The position numbers and the translations under genes are program-made. The notes beneath the pieces were generated by a model. That model searched no databases. It was not told the origin of the DNA and was given only the letters and a program-made list of their open reading frames with translations. DNA of 30,884 nt from Pyrinomonadaceae bacterium (GTDB lineage Bacteria; Acidobacteriota; Blastocatellia; Pyrinomonadales; Pyrinomonadaceae). The stretch covers positions 1 through 30,884 of the forward strand of contig JAICQI010000001.1 of assembly GCA_025937955.1 (NCBI GenBank), given 5' to 3'. Shown in pieces: positions 23,379 to 30,884 of this stretch. Numbering within the stretch: the stretch's first letter is position 1; each line of letters opens with the position of its first letter.

Positions 23379-24422
23379 ATGAAGTACGCAGTTGCAAGAG
23401 AAATTATCAATGAAGGAGAGGTGATGCCCGAGGCAGCAGCCGCGCAAACCGCAGTCCGCAGTGACGATTCCCTGCTGGATGCGTATTCGCGAGCGGTTAT
23501 TGAAGCGGCGGAGAGAGTTAGTCCCTCGGTTGTTTATATTCAAGTAACCAGTAAACGGAATCGCAACGGACGCCAGAGATCAGACGAAGTAACCGGCAAT
23601 GGTTCGGGCTTTGTCTTTACGCCTGACGGGTTCATCCTGACTAACAGTCACGTCGTGCACGGCGCGTCGAAGATCGAGGTTGTGCTCATGGATGGTCGCA
23701 GGTTCCAGGCACAGTTGATCGGCGACGATCCGGATACTGACCTGGCCGTGATTCGCATCACCGCGCCAAATCTCGTGCCGGCACAACTCGGCGAGTCGCA
23801 ATCGATTCGCGTCGGCCAGCTAGTGATCGCGATTGGAAATCCTTACGGCTTCCAGTATTCAGTGACAGCGGGCGTGGTAAGCGCGTTGGGACGTTCGTTG
23901 CGCGCGCAGTCGGGACGGTTGATGGACGGCGTAATCCAGACTGACGCAGCGCTGAATCCCGGAAATTCCGGTGGGCCACTAGTCAACTCCCGTGGTGAAG
24001 TGATCGGTGTTAACACTGCAACGATCCTGCCGGCGCAGGGGATCTGCTTTGCGACGTCGATCGATACAGCGAAGTTTGTTGCCGGACGTTTGATTCGCGA
24101 CGGCAAGATCAGCAGGAGCTACATCGGAGTGGCGGGCCAGAACGTACCCATACCACGACGCATCGTTCGGTTCTATCAATTGCCGATCGACACCGGCGTG
24201 CTACTCGTCTCTTTTGAAACAAATGGAGAGCATAGTGCGGCGAAGGAAGCAGGGCTGTTGACAGGCGATATCGTCATCGACTTCGACGGTTATCCGATAC
24301 GCGGCATAGACGATCTGCACAAGCTACTCACAGACGAACGCATCGGCAGGCACACACCCGTCACGGTCATTCGTGGCGTGCAGAAGTTGTCGTTTGTCGT
24401 TGTTCCTCGAGAGGTGAAGTAG
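23379..24422 (+). CDS. HtrA/DegP-type trypsin-like serine protease with one PDZ domain and no export signal
   Basis: GSGFV, TNSHVV, DPDTDLAV, IQTDAALNPGNSGGPL, and a PDZ (GLLTGDIVI). AGGAG RBS. Confidence 0.9.
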   Translation: MKYAVAREIINEGEVMPEAAAAQTAVRSDDSLLDAYSRAVIEAAERVSPSVVYIQVTSKRNRNGRQRSDEVTGNGSGFVFTPDGFILTNSHVVHGASKIEVVLMDGRRFQAQLIGDDPDTDLAVIRITAPNLVPAQLGESQSIRVGQLVIAIGNPYGFQYSVTAGVVSALGRSLRAQSGRLMDGVIQTDAALNPGNSGGPLVNSRGEVIGVNTATILPAQGICFATSIDTAKFVAGRLIRDGKISRSYIGVAGQNVPIPRRIVRFYQLPIDTGVLLVSFETNGEHSAAKEAGLLTGDIVIDFDGYPIRGIDDLHKLLTDERIGRHTPVTVIRGVQKLSFVVVPREVK

Positions 24423-24480
24423 GCCGCAGATTAACGCAGATCTGTGTAAATGATTTACACAGATCTGCGTCATCTGCGGC
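24423..24480. repeat. Class A palindromic element between convergent stops
   Basis: GCCGCAGATTAACGCAGATCTGTGTAAAT / ATTTACACAGATCTGCGTCATCTGCGGC. It abuts the TAG of htrA and the TGA of the cvpA-CAP gene. Confidence 0.9.
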
Positions 24481-25446
24481 TCAATTTCTGAATTCCTGGC
24501 TCACCATCAACCCTCGCATACCTCCATCCATCACGCCAATCCCGAGACGTCCAAATTGCGGGCGCAGGATGTTTGCGCGATGGCCCGGAGAGTTCATCAG
24601 ACCGGTATGGGCCACCGGGATGGTTGGCGCGAGCGCGAGGTTCTCGCCGGCGGTGATGAAGTGCACGTTTGCCGCGCGCATGCGATCGAATGGAGTGAGT
24701 CCCTCGGGCGTGTCGTGTGCGAAGTAACCACGCGCAAACATGTCAGCCGAGTGACGTCGTGCTACTTCCGTCAATTCCGGATCGGGTGCGAGCGGAGACA
24801 GACCTGCCGCTTGTCGTTCCTGGTTCACGAGTTCCAACATCCGTGCCTCCAAGTCAGGACGCGGTCGCGTCTGTTCGACTTTGAACGGCAGCGCTACGCG
24901 CTCGTTTGAGTCGGGGTGAACTGTCAGAAGGTTCAGCGTGCGCGCAATCGCATCACCGAACACCGGACGAAGCTGACCCTCGAGCTGTTCCGCATAAACC
25001 GCCAGACGATTGACTAGCGCACTATCGCGCGTGCGCTCGTTCAAACTCTCGCTCAACGGAACCGCCAACAGGAGCGCCGAGAGTATAGCGGCGATGATCA
25101 ATCCGTTTACCAAACCCGGCAGTGTGCCGAACAGTTGATTGACCTGATGCTCGTGAATGTCTTCCGGCAGACGTCGCAGCGCCCAGTAACCAATGGCCTG
25201 AACAATCAAGCTGACGACGAGTGCGATGAGAATGAAAGCGATTGGCTGGTCCCAAACCTCGGACCATAAGTCCACGCGTGGACCAATCCAGTGCGCGACG
25301 CTCTGGTAATAGCGCAAACCTGCCAGCACGCTGAGCACCCAACCGGCGAGGTCAAGCACACCATGAACAAACCCGCGCCGGTATCCATTGAGCACGCTCA
25401 ACAGAATGACAATCGCAAGCAGAATGTCGATCGGGTTTATTGCCAC
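24481..25446 (-). CDS. CvpA family membrane domain fused to a CAP (SCP) domain
   Basis: IDILLAIVILLSVLNGYRRGFVHGVL (CvpA), then LELVNQERQAAGLSPL, HSADMFARGYFAH, GENLA and MNSPGHRANIL (CAP). GTG start. Confidence 0.85.
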   Translation of the reverse strand: MAINPIDILLAIVILLSVLNGYRRGFVHGVLDLAGWVLSVLAGLRYYQSVAHWIGPRVDLWSEVWDQPIAFILIALVVSLIVQAIGYWALRRLPEDIHEHQVNQLFGTLPGLVNGLIIAAILSALLLAVPLSESLNERTRDSALVNRLAVYAEQLEGQLRPVFGDAIARTLNLLTVHPDSNERVALPFKVEQTRPRPDLEARMLELVNQERQAAGLSPLAPDPELTEVARRHSADMFARGYFAHDTPEGLTPFDRMRAANVHFITAGENLALAPTIPVAHTGLMNSPGHRANILRPQFGRLGIGVMDGGMRGLMVSQEFRN

Positions 25447-25463
25447 GTTGAGCTAAAGATACC

Positions 25464-25614
25464 GATGTCAATTGCCGATTTCCAATTGCCGATTGTCAAA
25501 TTTTTTTGCTTCTCACCAATCGACAATCGGCAATTGAAAATCGGCAATAGCAATGATCCATTTGGCCGCACTCGCAATCCAAAAGTTTGCAGTTCAAAAT
25601 CGGCAATTGCAAAT
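25464..25614. repeat. Class B inverted heptamer array (AATTGCC/GATTTCC units)
   Basis: 27-bp arms ATTGCCGATTTCCAATTGCCGATTGTC (25471-25497) and GACAATCGGCAATTGAAAATCGGCAAT (25522-25548) with one mismatch. Extra copy AAAATCGGCAATTGCAAAT at 25596-25614. Confidence 0.85.
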
Positions 25615-25700
25615 GAGTTTTTGGATGGTTTTCGGCGAAACAAGTGCTTCTTTTACGCCTGTTTACTGGAATTTTTTTCGCTCAAAGTTGTTCCAGTCAA

Positions 25701-25717
25701 TTGGAACAGTAACTGCA
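25701..25717 (+). promoter_or_regulatory. Candidate sigma54 (-24/-12) promoter for the TonB-dependent receptor
   Basis: TTGGAACAGTAACTGCA: GG (25703-25704) and GC (25715-25716) at the exact 12-nt register. It overlaps the palindrome TGTTCCA-N6-TGGAACA. Confidence 0.45.
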
Positions 25718-25841
25718 TTGCGACCAATCGAACTTTTGTCTCCCCTGAATGCGCTCATCGCATTCCAAAAGCTCCAACATTAATCCGACAATTTCGCAAA
25801 GAACTCAGCGCGACCCATGATGGAAACCAGGGAGATAGCTT

Positions 25842-28800
25842 ATGAGTAAAGTTAGATTCGGAAGTATTTCTCTAGCATCGTTTCTTGTTTTAATGCTGTT
25901 CGCCGTGACGGCTATGGCGCAGTCAGGCGGCACCACGGTCCGCGGTACTGTTAAAGATCCGCAAGGTAATCTTGTAAGTGGCGCGACTGTAACCCTCACT
26001 GACCCCACCAGGAACTTCACGCGCACGCAACAGAGCAACGAGGATGGACAGTACGTCTTCAGCGCAGTGCCGCCTGGCACATACAGACTCGAGGTCACTG
26101 CAACGGGTTTCAAAACCGCTTCCGTTTCAGGTGTGGAAGCTTTAGTTGACACCCCGACAGTCCGTGACGTGCCACTCGAAATCGGAGCTGTTTCTGAAAC
26201 AGTAGACGTCACTTCCGCCGCTGAAGCAGCGATCAACACGAGCGACGCGACGATTGGTAATTCCTTCGAGCGCAAGCGCATCGTGGAACTGCCGCTCAAC
26301 GCCAATAACGTCGTCGGTTTGCTGTCGCTGCAACCCGGCGTCAGCCGCTCCGGCTACGTAAATGGCGGGCGCGCCGACCAGTCGAACATCACGCTGGACG
26401 GCGTTGACGTCAACGAACAACAGGACGGTCTCGACGTTGTCACCGACGAAGCGTTTGCGAGCGTTTTGCGAGTCACGCGCGACTCGTTGCAGGAGTTTCG
26501 CGTAACCACAACCAATCCGAACGCCGAACAGGGACGTTCATCCGGCGCGCAGGTTTCACTGGTGACGCGCTCCGGCTCGAATCAATGGCACGGCTCGCTG
26601 TTTGAAATTCATCGCAACACCGTCACGACTGCAAACGACTTCTTCAACAATGCCGCCGGCGTCGAACGCCCGCAGTTGTTGAGAAATATCTTCGGCGGCT
26701 CGATCGGTGGCCCGATCAAGAAAGACCGCGCGTTCTTCTTTTTCACCTACGAAGGATTCCGTGAAGCAACTGCGACCTCCGTCGTGCGCGAAGTGCCGTT
26801 GCCAACGTTGGGCCAGGGCCTCGTTCGCTATCGCACTGAAAGCGGCTTCAGCGATCCCGGTTGCCCGGCGGGAACTCCGGCCGGCGTGGACTGTCTCACG
26901 CCCGGTGAGATCGAAGCGGCCTACCTCGCTGCGAATGGAAGTAGTCCGGGTATCAACCCTGCGGCCTTGTCTTTTTTGGCGGCCGCAGCACAAAAATATC
27001 CAGCTAACGACACCACCGTGGGCGATGGTCTAAACACTGGCGGCTTCCGCTTCAACGCGCGAACGCCGACCGAATTGAACACCTACATCGCCCGTTTCGA
27101 CTTCAACCTGACCAACAGCCAGACGTTGTTCCTGCGTGGCAATTACCAGAACGACAACGTCACGCGTGCAGTCTATTTCAGTTCCGATTGCAGTGTGCCA
27201 GGTGACAACATCCAGTGCTTCCCTGACACTCCACCACTGACAACCTGGAACCATCCCAAGGGAGTTGCAGTCGGTCACGTCTGGACGATTAACAATTCCG
27301 TCGTGAATCGTTTCAACTACGGCCTGACCCGCGCATCGTTTACGCAAAACGGCGACTCGGAAGAAAACCGGGTGAACTTCCGGTTCATCTTTTCACCGCA
27401 GGGTTTTGCGCGCACACTGCGACGCACCACGCCGGTTCACAACTTCGTGGACGACGTTTCCTGGGTGCGTGGTAATCACACGTTCGGATTTGGCGGCAAC
27501 ATTCGACTGATAACGAATAACCGCACTTCGACGGGCGCGTCTTTCGACGAGGCGATCATCAATCCGTCGTTCTACAACGAATCGGGTGACGTGCTCATCG
27601 CTCCGTTCGGCGACTTTGAGAGCAGCAGCGATCTACGTGACGCCCTCGCGTCAGTGATCGGACGTTACTCACAATACAGCGCAAACCTCGTGTACGACGC
27701 CAGTGGCCAACTGCAATCGGTCGGCACACCGACTGATCGTGCGTTCGCCACGCAGGAGTACGAAACCTACTTCCAGGACTCCTGGCGCATGCGTCCGAAC
27801 TTCACGTTGAACTACGGCGTGCGCTGGTCCACCTCGACTCCGGTGTATGAAAAGAACGGCCTTCAGGTTGTACCCAACATCAACCTGACTGACTACTTCA
27901 ATCAGCGCGTCGAAAGCTCCTTCAACGGCGTGCCCTTTACCGACCCGATTACTTTCATCGTGGGCGGCAAAACCAATAACGCTCCTGGCTACTACAAGCA
28001 GGATTGGAACAACTTTGCCCCGTCAGTCTCTTTTGCCTGGTCGCCTGATTTTGGCGACAACACGTTTGGACGTCTGTTCGGACGCGAAGGCAAGAGCGTG
28101 ATTCGCGGTGGGTTCCGCATGACGTACGATCGCATTGGCAGCCAGCTGGCCGTCAATTTCGATCTCAACAACCTGGCCGGCTTCACCTCCGCTAAAAACA
28201 TCAACGCCAACACGTTCGATGTGATCGCCGGTGAGCTCGGACCTGAGTTCGGCGGTTTAAATCCGAACGTCCGTTCGTTGACCTTCCCGGGTCAGAGCCC
28301 TATCCCGGGGACTCTGAACTTCCCGCTGACGGTTCCGTCTGATGAAGATCAACGCATCGAGGTCTCGCTGGACCAGGGAATCACCACGCCCTACAACTAC
28401 AGCGTCAACTTCTCCTATGGCCGCGAGATCGGCAAAGGACTTTCGTTTGAAGCCAGCTACGTAGGACGTTTCGCGCGTGACCTGCTCGCTTCGCGCGACA
28501 TCATGCAGCTTAACAACATTCGCGATCCGCAATCGGGAATGACGTACTACGAAGCGATCAACAGACTGGTTGATTTCCGTTATGCGAACACCGAAATCAC
28601 GTCTGTACCTGACGTCGCCTTCTTCAACAACTTCTTCCCATTCATGCCAGATTGGTCGGCAGCGCTTTTCGGGTCCGATCCGACGTTGACGCCCACGCAG
28701 GCAGCGTACTTTTTCCTCGCGCCGGAAGGAGTCGGTGGCGCCGATATCATCGACTACACGTTCCTGCAGTTGCTGTGGGACGACCGTCCAGACTGCACGA

Positions 28801-29705
28801 CGTGCCCATTCGGCGGCGGACCGGGAAGAATCAACAACCTGTTCTATCAACCACAGTTCGGAGCGCTCTCTGCGTTCTCGACTGTTGCGAGGTCAAACTA
28901 CAACTCGTTGCAACTCAGTATGCGTCAGCGGTTGCGCGACGACATCACGTTTGACTTCAACTACACGTATGGTCATTCGTTGGACAACGCTTCTGGCCTG
29001 CAAAGCTCTACCAGCTACGGTACGGCATTCATCGTGAACGCGTTGTTCCCGGATGAAAATTACGCCAGTTCGGATTTCGACGCCCGGCACATCATCAATG
29101 CCAACTGGGTGGTCGGACTTCCGTTCGGACGTGGCAAGCGGTTCTTCTCGAACGCGAGTGGTTTTGTCGAGCAGGCCTTCGGCGGCTGGTCTACCACCGG
29201 AATCTTCCGTTGGAACAGCGGGCTTCCGGTAACTGGCGCGCCGTTCGATTGTTGCGTCTGGGCGACGAACTGGAACGTTCAATCGAATGGTGTCCGAGTT
29301 CAACCGATCCAGTCGTCAACAGTAAAGACCGGCGAGAACGGAACGCCGAACCTCTTCAGCGATCCGCTCGCTGCGTATCGCAGTTTCCGTCCGGCGCGTC
29401 CAGGCGAAGTGGGCGACAGGAACGTGCTTCGTGGTCAGGGGTACATTTCCCTCGACATGGGCCTGTACAAGTCGTTCAAGATGCCGTGGGAGGGCCACGC
29501 ACTGCAGTTCCGTTGGGAGGTCTTTAACGTCACCAACACTCAGCGGTTTGATACTCTTACAATTTCAGACCTGAGTTTGGGGGCGGATCCGTTCCTCGGC
29601 GGGAACCCGGCTTCCGACTTCGGACAATACACCTCAACTCAAACGCCCTTGAATGAAACCAAAGCCGGACGCGTAATGCAGTTCGCGCTTCGGTACACGT
29701 TCTAA
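25842..29705 (+). CDS. Oar-like TonB-dependent outer-membrane receptor with an N-terminal carboxypeptidase regulatory-like domain
   Basis: Signal peptide, VRGTVKDPQGNLVSGATVTL, plug (LPLNANNVVGLLSLQPGV, SNITLDGVD, LQEFRVTT, GRSSGAQV), NDFFNN, NNFAPSVSFAW, RWEVFNVTN, and C-terminal FALRYTF. GGGAG RBS. Confidence 0.92.
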   Translation: MSKVRFGSISLASFLVLMLFAVTAMAQSGGTTVRGTVKDPQGNLVSGATVTLTDPTRNFTRTQQSNEDGQYVFSAVPPGTYRLEVTATGFKTASVSGVEALVDTPTVRDVPLEIGAVSETVDVTSAAEAAINTSDATIGNSFERKRIVELPLNANNVVGLLSLQPGVSRSGYVNGGRADQSNITLDGVDVNEQQDGLDVVTDEAFASVLRVTRDSLQEFRVTTTNPNAEQGRSSGAQVSLVTRSGSNQWHGSLFEIHRNTVTTANDFFNNAAGVERPQLLRNIFGGSIGGPIKKDRAFFFFTYEGFREATATSVVREVPLPTLGQGLVRYRTESGFSDPGCPAGTPAGVDCLTPGEIEAAYLAANGSSPGINPAALSFLAAAAQKYPANDTTVGDGLNTGGFRFNARTPTELNTYIARFDFNLTNSQTLFLRGNYQNDNVTRAVYFSSDCSVPGDNIQCFPDTPPLTTWNHPKGVAVGHVWTINNSVVNRFNYGLTRASFTQNGDSEENRVNFRFIFSPQGFARTLRRTTPVHNFVDDVSWVRGNHTFGFGGNIRLITNNRTSTGASFDEAIINPSFYNESGDVLIAPFGDFESSSDLRDALASVIGRYSQYSANLVYDASGQLQSVGTPTDRAFATQEYETYFQDSWRMRPNFTLNYGVRWSTSTPVYEKNGLQVVPNINLTDYFNQRVESSFNGVPFTDPITFIVGGKTNNAPGYYKQDWNNFAPSVSFAWSPDFGDNTFGRLFGREGKSVIRGGFRMTYDRIGSQLAVNFDLNNLAGFTSAKNINANTFDVIAGELGPEFGGLNPNVRSLTFPGQSPIPGTLNFPLTVPSDEDQRIEVSLDQGITTPYNYSVNFSYGREIGKGLSFEASYVGRFARDLLASRDIMQLNNIRDPQSGMTYYEAINRLVDFRYANTEITSVPDVAFFNNFFPFMPDWSAALFGSDPTLTPTQAAYFFLAPEGVGGADIIDYTFLQLLWDDRPDCTTCPFGGGPGRINNLFYQPQFGALSAFSTVARSNYNSLQLSMRQRLRDDITFDFNYTYGHSLDNASGLQSSTSYGTAFIVNALFPDENYASSDFDARHIINANWVVGLPFGRGKRFFSNASGFVEQAFGGWSTTGIFRWNSGLPVTGAPFDCCVWATNWNVQSNGVRVQPIQSSTVKTGENGTPNLFSDPLAAYRSFRPARPGEVGDRNVLRGQGYISLDMGLYKSFKMPWEGHALQFRWEVFNVTNTQRFDTLTISDLSLGADPFLGGNPASDFGQYTSTQTPLNETKAGRVMQFALRYTF

Positions 29706-29714
29706 GGAAAAAAC

Positions 29715-29783
29715 ATCGGCCACGGATTTCGCGGATTACACGGATTGCATAATCTGTGTAATCTGCGAAAATCAGTGGCCGAT
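29715..29783. repeat. Class A palindromic element with three units per arm, overlapping the recN start codon
   Basis: ATCGGCCACGGATTTCGCGGATTACACGGATT-GCAT-AATCTGTGTAATCTGCGAAAATCAGTGGCCGAT. The last AT is the start of the recN ATG. Confidence 0.9.
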
Positions 29784-30884
29784 GCTTCAGTTCCTGAACA
29801 TCTCCAACATAGCTCTAATCGACGACATGCAGGTTGAGTTTGAGAGTGGTCTCAATCTGCTCACCGGTGAGACTGGATCCGGGAAGTCGATCATTGTCGA
29901 TGCGCTTGGTGTGTTGATTGGCGGCAGGTTCACTAGCGAGCTACTCAAAACAGGAGCTGAGCGGGCGGCGATCGAAGGGCTCTTCTCTGTCACTGCTAAT
30001 CCGGATCTCGAAGTCCTGCTCGAAAACGCGGGGCTCGGCGCCACCAACGAGTTGATCATTCGTCGCGAGCTCTCCGCTACCGGGCGCAACAAGATCTTCA
30101 TCAACAATCAACTTGCCACACAGTCGCTGCTGCGTGATCTGCGACCGTTTCTGGTCGACATTCATGGGCAGGGAGAACAGCAGACGCTCTTCAATCCGGA
30201 GACTCACCTGGAAATACTCGACGCGTTCGCGGGTAACACTGCGCTGCGGGTTGAAGTCGCCGAGGCGTACCAGCGCTGGATTGCAGTGCGACGCGAGCTC
30301 GATTCGTTGCGGCATGACGAAGCGGAAAAGTTTCAACTGGTCGACACGTTGAAGTTTCAGATCGCGGAGCTCGAGCGTGCGCAGCTGTCGATTGGCGAAG
30401 ACGAACGACTGGAAGAAGAACGACGCCGGTTAGCGAACGTGGAGAAGCTGACGGAGCTTTGCCAGTCGAGTTACAGCCGCATCTATGAGGATGATGATGC
30501 GGCGGTTGCGCGCGTGCGGCAGACGTTGAAAGATGTCGAGGAGCTGGCTGAATACGATTCGAGTTTTCGCGATTATCTCGAAGGACTGGAATCAGCGCGC
30601 GCAGTGCTCGAAGATCTTTCTTTCACGCTGCGGGATTTCGCGGATCGATTGGAGTTTTCTCCGTCGCGGCTGGCTGAAATCGAGGACAGGCTCGCCGAGC
30701 TTTCGCGGCTAAAACGCAAGTATGGCGGCTCGATCGCCGCGTCACTGGAGCACCTTGCGCGTTCTGAAGATCGTTTGCGACAGATTGAGACATCCGATGA
30801 ACGTGAACGGGAATTGAATGCCGATTTGGCTGCGGCGCGTGAGAGATATCTGGAGCTGGCGGGCAAGCTGCACAAGGAGCGGGT
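29782..30884 (+). CDS. recN: DNA repair protein RecN (5' part; runs off the window and is absent from the ORF track)
   Basis: Manual translation gives MLQFLNISNIALIDDMQVEFESGLNLLTGETGSGKSIIVDAL (Walker A), IIRRELSATGRNKIFINNQ and LVDIHGQGEQQTL, then coiled coil. Confidence 0.95.
   Translation, partial: MLQFLNISNIALIDDMQVEFESGLNLLTGETGSGKSIIVDALGVLIGGRFTSELLKTGAERAAIEGLFSVTANPDLEVLLENAGLGATNELIIRRELSATGRNKIFINNQLATQSLLRDLRPFLVDIHGQGEQQTLFNPETHLEILDAFAGNTALRVEVAEAYQRWIAVRRELDSLRHDEAEKFQLVDTLKFQIAELERAQLSIGEDERLEEERRRLANVEKLTELCQSSYSRIYEDDDAAVARVRQTLKDVEELAEYDSSFRDYLEGLESARAVLEDLSFTLRDFADRLEFSPSRLAEIEDRLAELSRLKRKYGGSIAASLEHLARSEDRLRQIETSDERERELNADLAAARERYLELAGKLHKER

Noticed and set aside
22974-23543. 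ORF 22974..23543 (-), 189 aa
   Set aside because: Overlaps both ychJ and htrA on the opposite strand and has no motifs.
25291-25845. ORF 25291..25845 (+), 184 aa, spanning the cvpA-TBDR gap, and 25437..25643 (-)
   Set aside because: They overlap cvpA antisense and read through the heptamer array (IADFQLPI...NRQLKIGN). They have no RBS or family motif.
28790-28810. c-type heme site in the TonB-dependent receptor
   Set aside because: The motif is CTTCP, lacking the His of CxxCH.
29688-29702. LexA box (GTTC-N7-GTTC, reported for Acidobacterium) upstream of recN
   Set aside because: Only CTTC-N7-GTTC, a one-mismatch match inside the TBDR coding end. Such a match is expected by chance roughly one time in ten in a region this size.
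1-30884. Autonomous mobile element, prophage, integron, tRNA or rRNA
   Set aside because: No transposase, integrase, RAYT, GxxExxY, four-helix-bundle, phage or structural RNA gene was recognised. Any mobiliser of the repeats must lie outside this window.

Overview
Chromosomal window, most likely from an Acidobacteriota genome (Blastocatellia/Pyrinomonadaceae-like). This is inferred from the Oar-type TonB-dependent receptor, the kinase-TolB-TPR protein and overall gene content. It holds 24 complete genes, one internally deleted TMEM175-family gene and two partial genes at the edges. The 3' partial gene is recN, which is missing from the supplied ORF track. Content is dominated by envelope functions: PpiD/SurA-like chaperone, TerC, a FecR-FN3 plus diguanylate cyclase pair, the elongasome operon mreB-mreC-mreD-mrdA-rodA, YdcF, a Tat serine hydrolase, HtrA, TPR-TlpA, CvpA-CAP and a TonB-dependent receptor. 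A small accessory block (12.3-16.3 kb) contains a 65-aa TMEM175 mini-gene and a VOC plus DAC (DisA_N-like diadenylate cyclase) operon with a variant RHL motif. The most striking non-coding feature is that almost every intergenic gap over 40 bp holds a small palindromic element. There are three kinds: (A) hairpins built from tandem 9-10 nt CRCRGAT units, usually fused to stop codons and in some cases encoding protein C-termini; (B) inverted arrays of 7-mers whose period is conserved while the unit sequence differs; and (C) REP/IS200-IS605-like hairpins with TT/CTTG loops. No mobilising gene, rRNA, tRNA or CRISPR array was seen. No database search or folding calculation was run; all calls come from reading motifs by eye.
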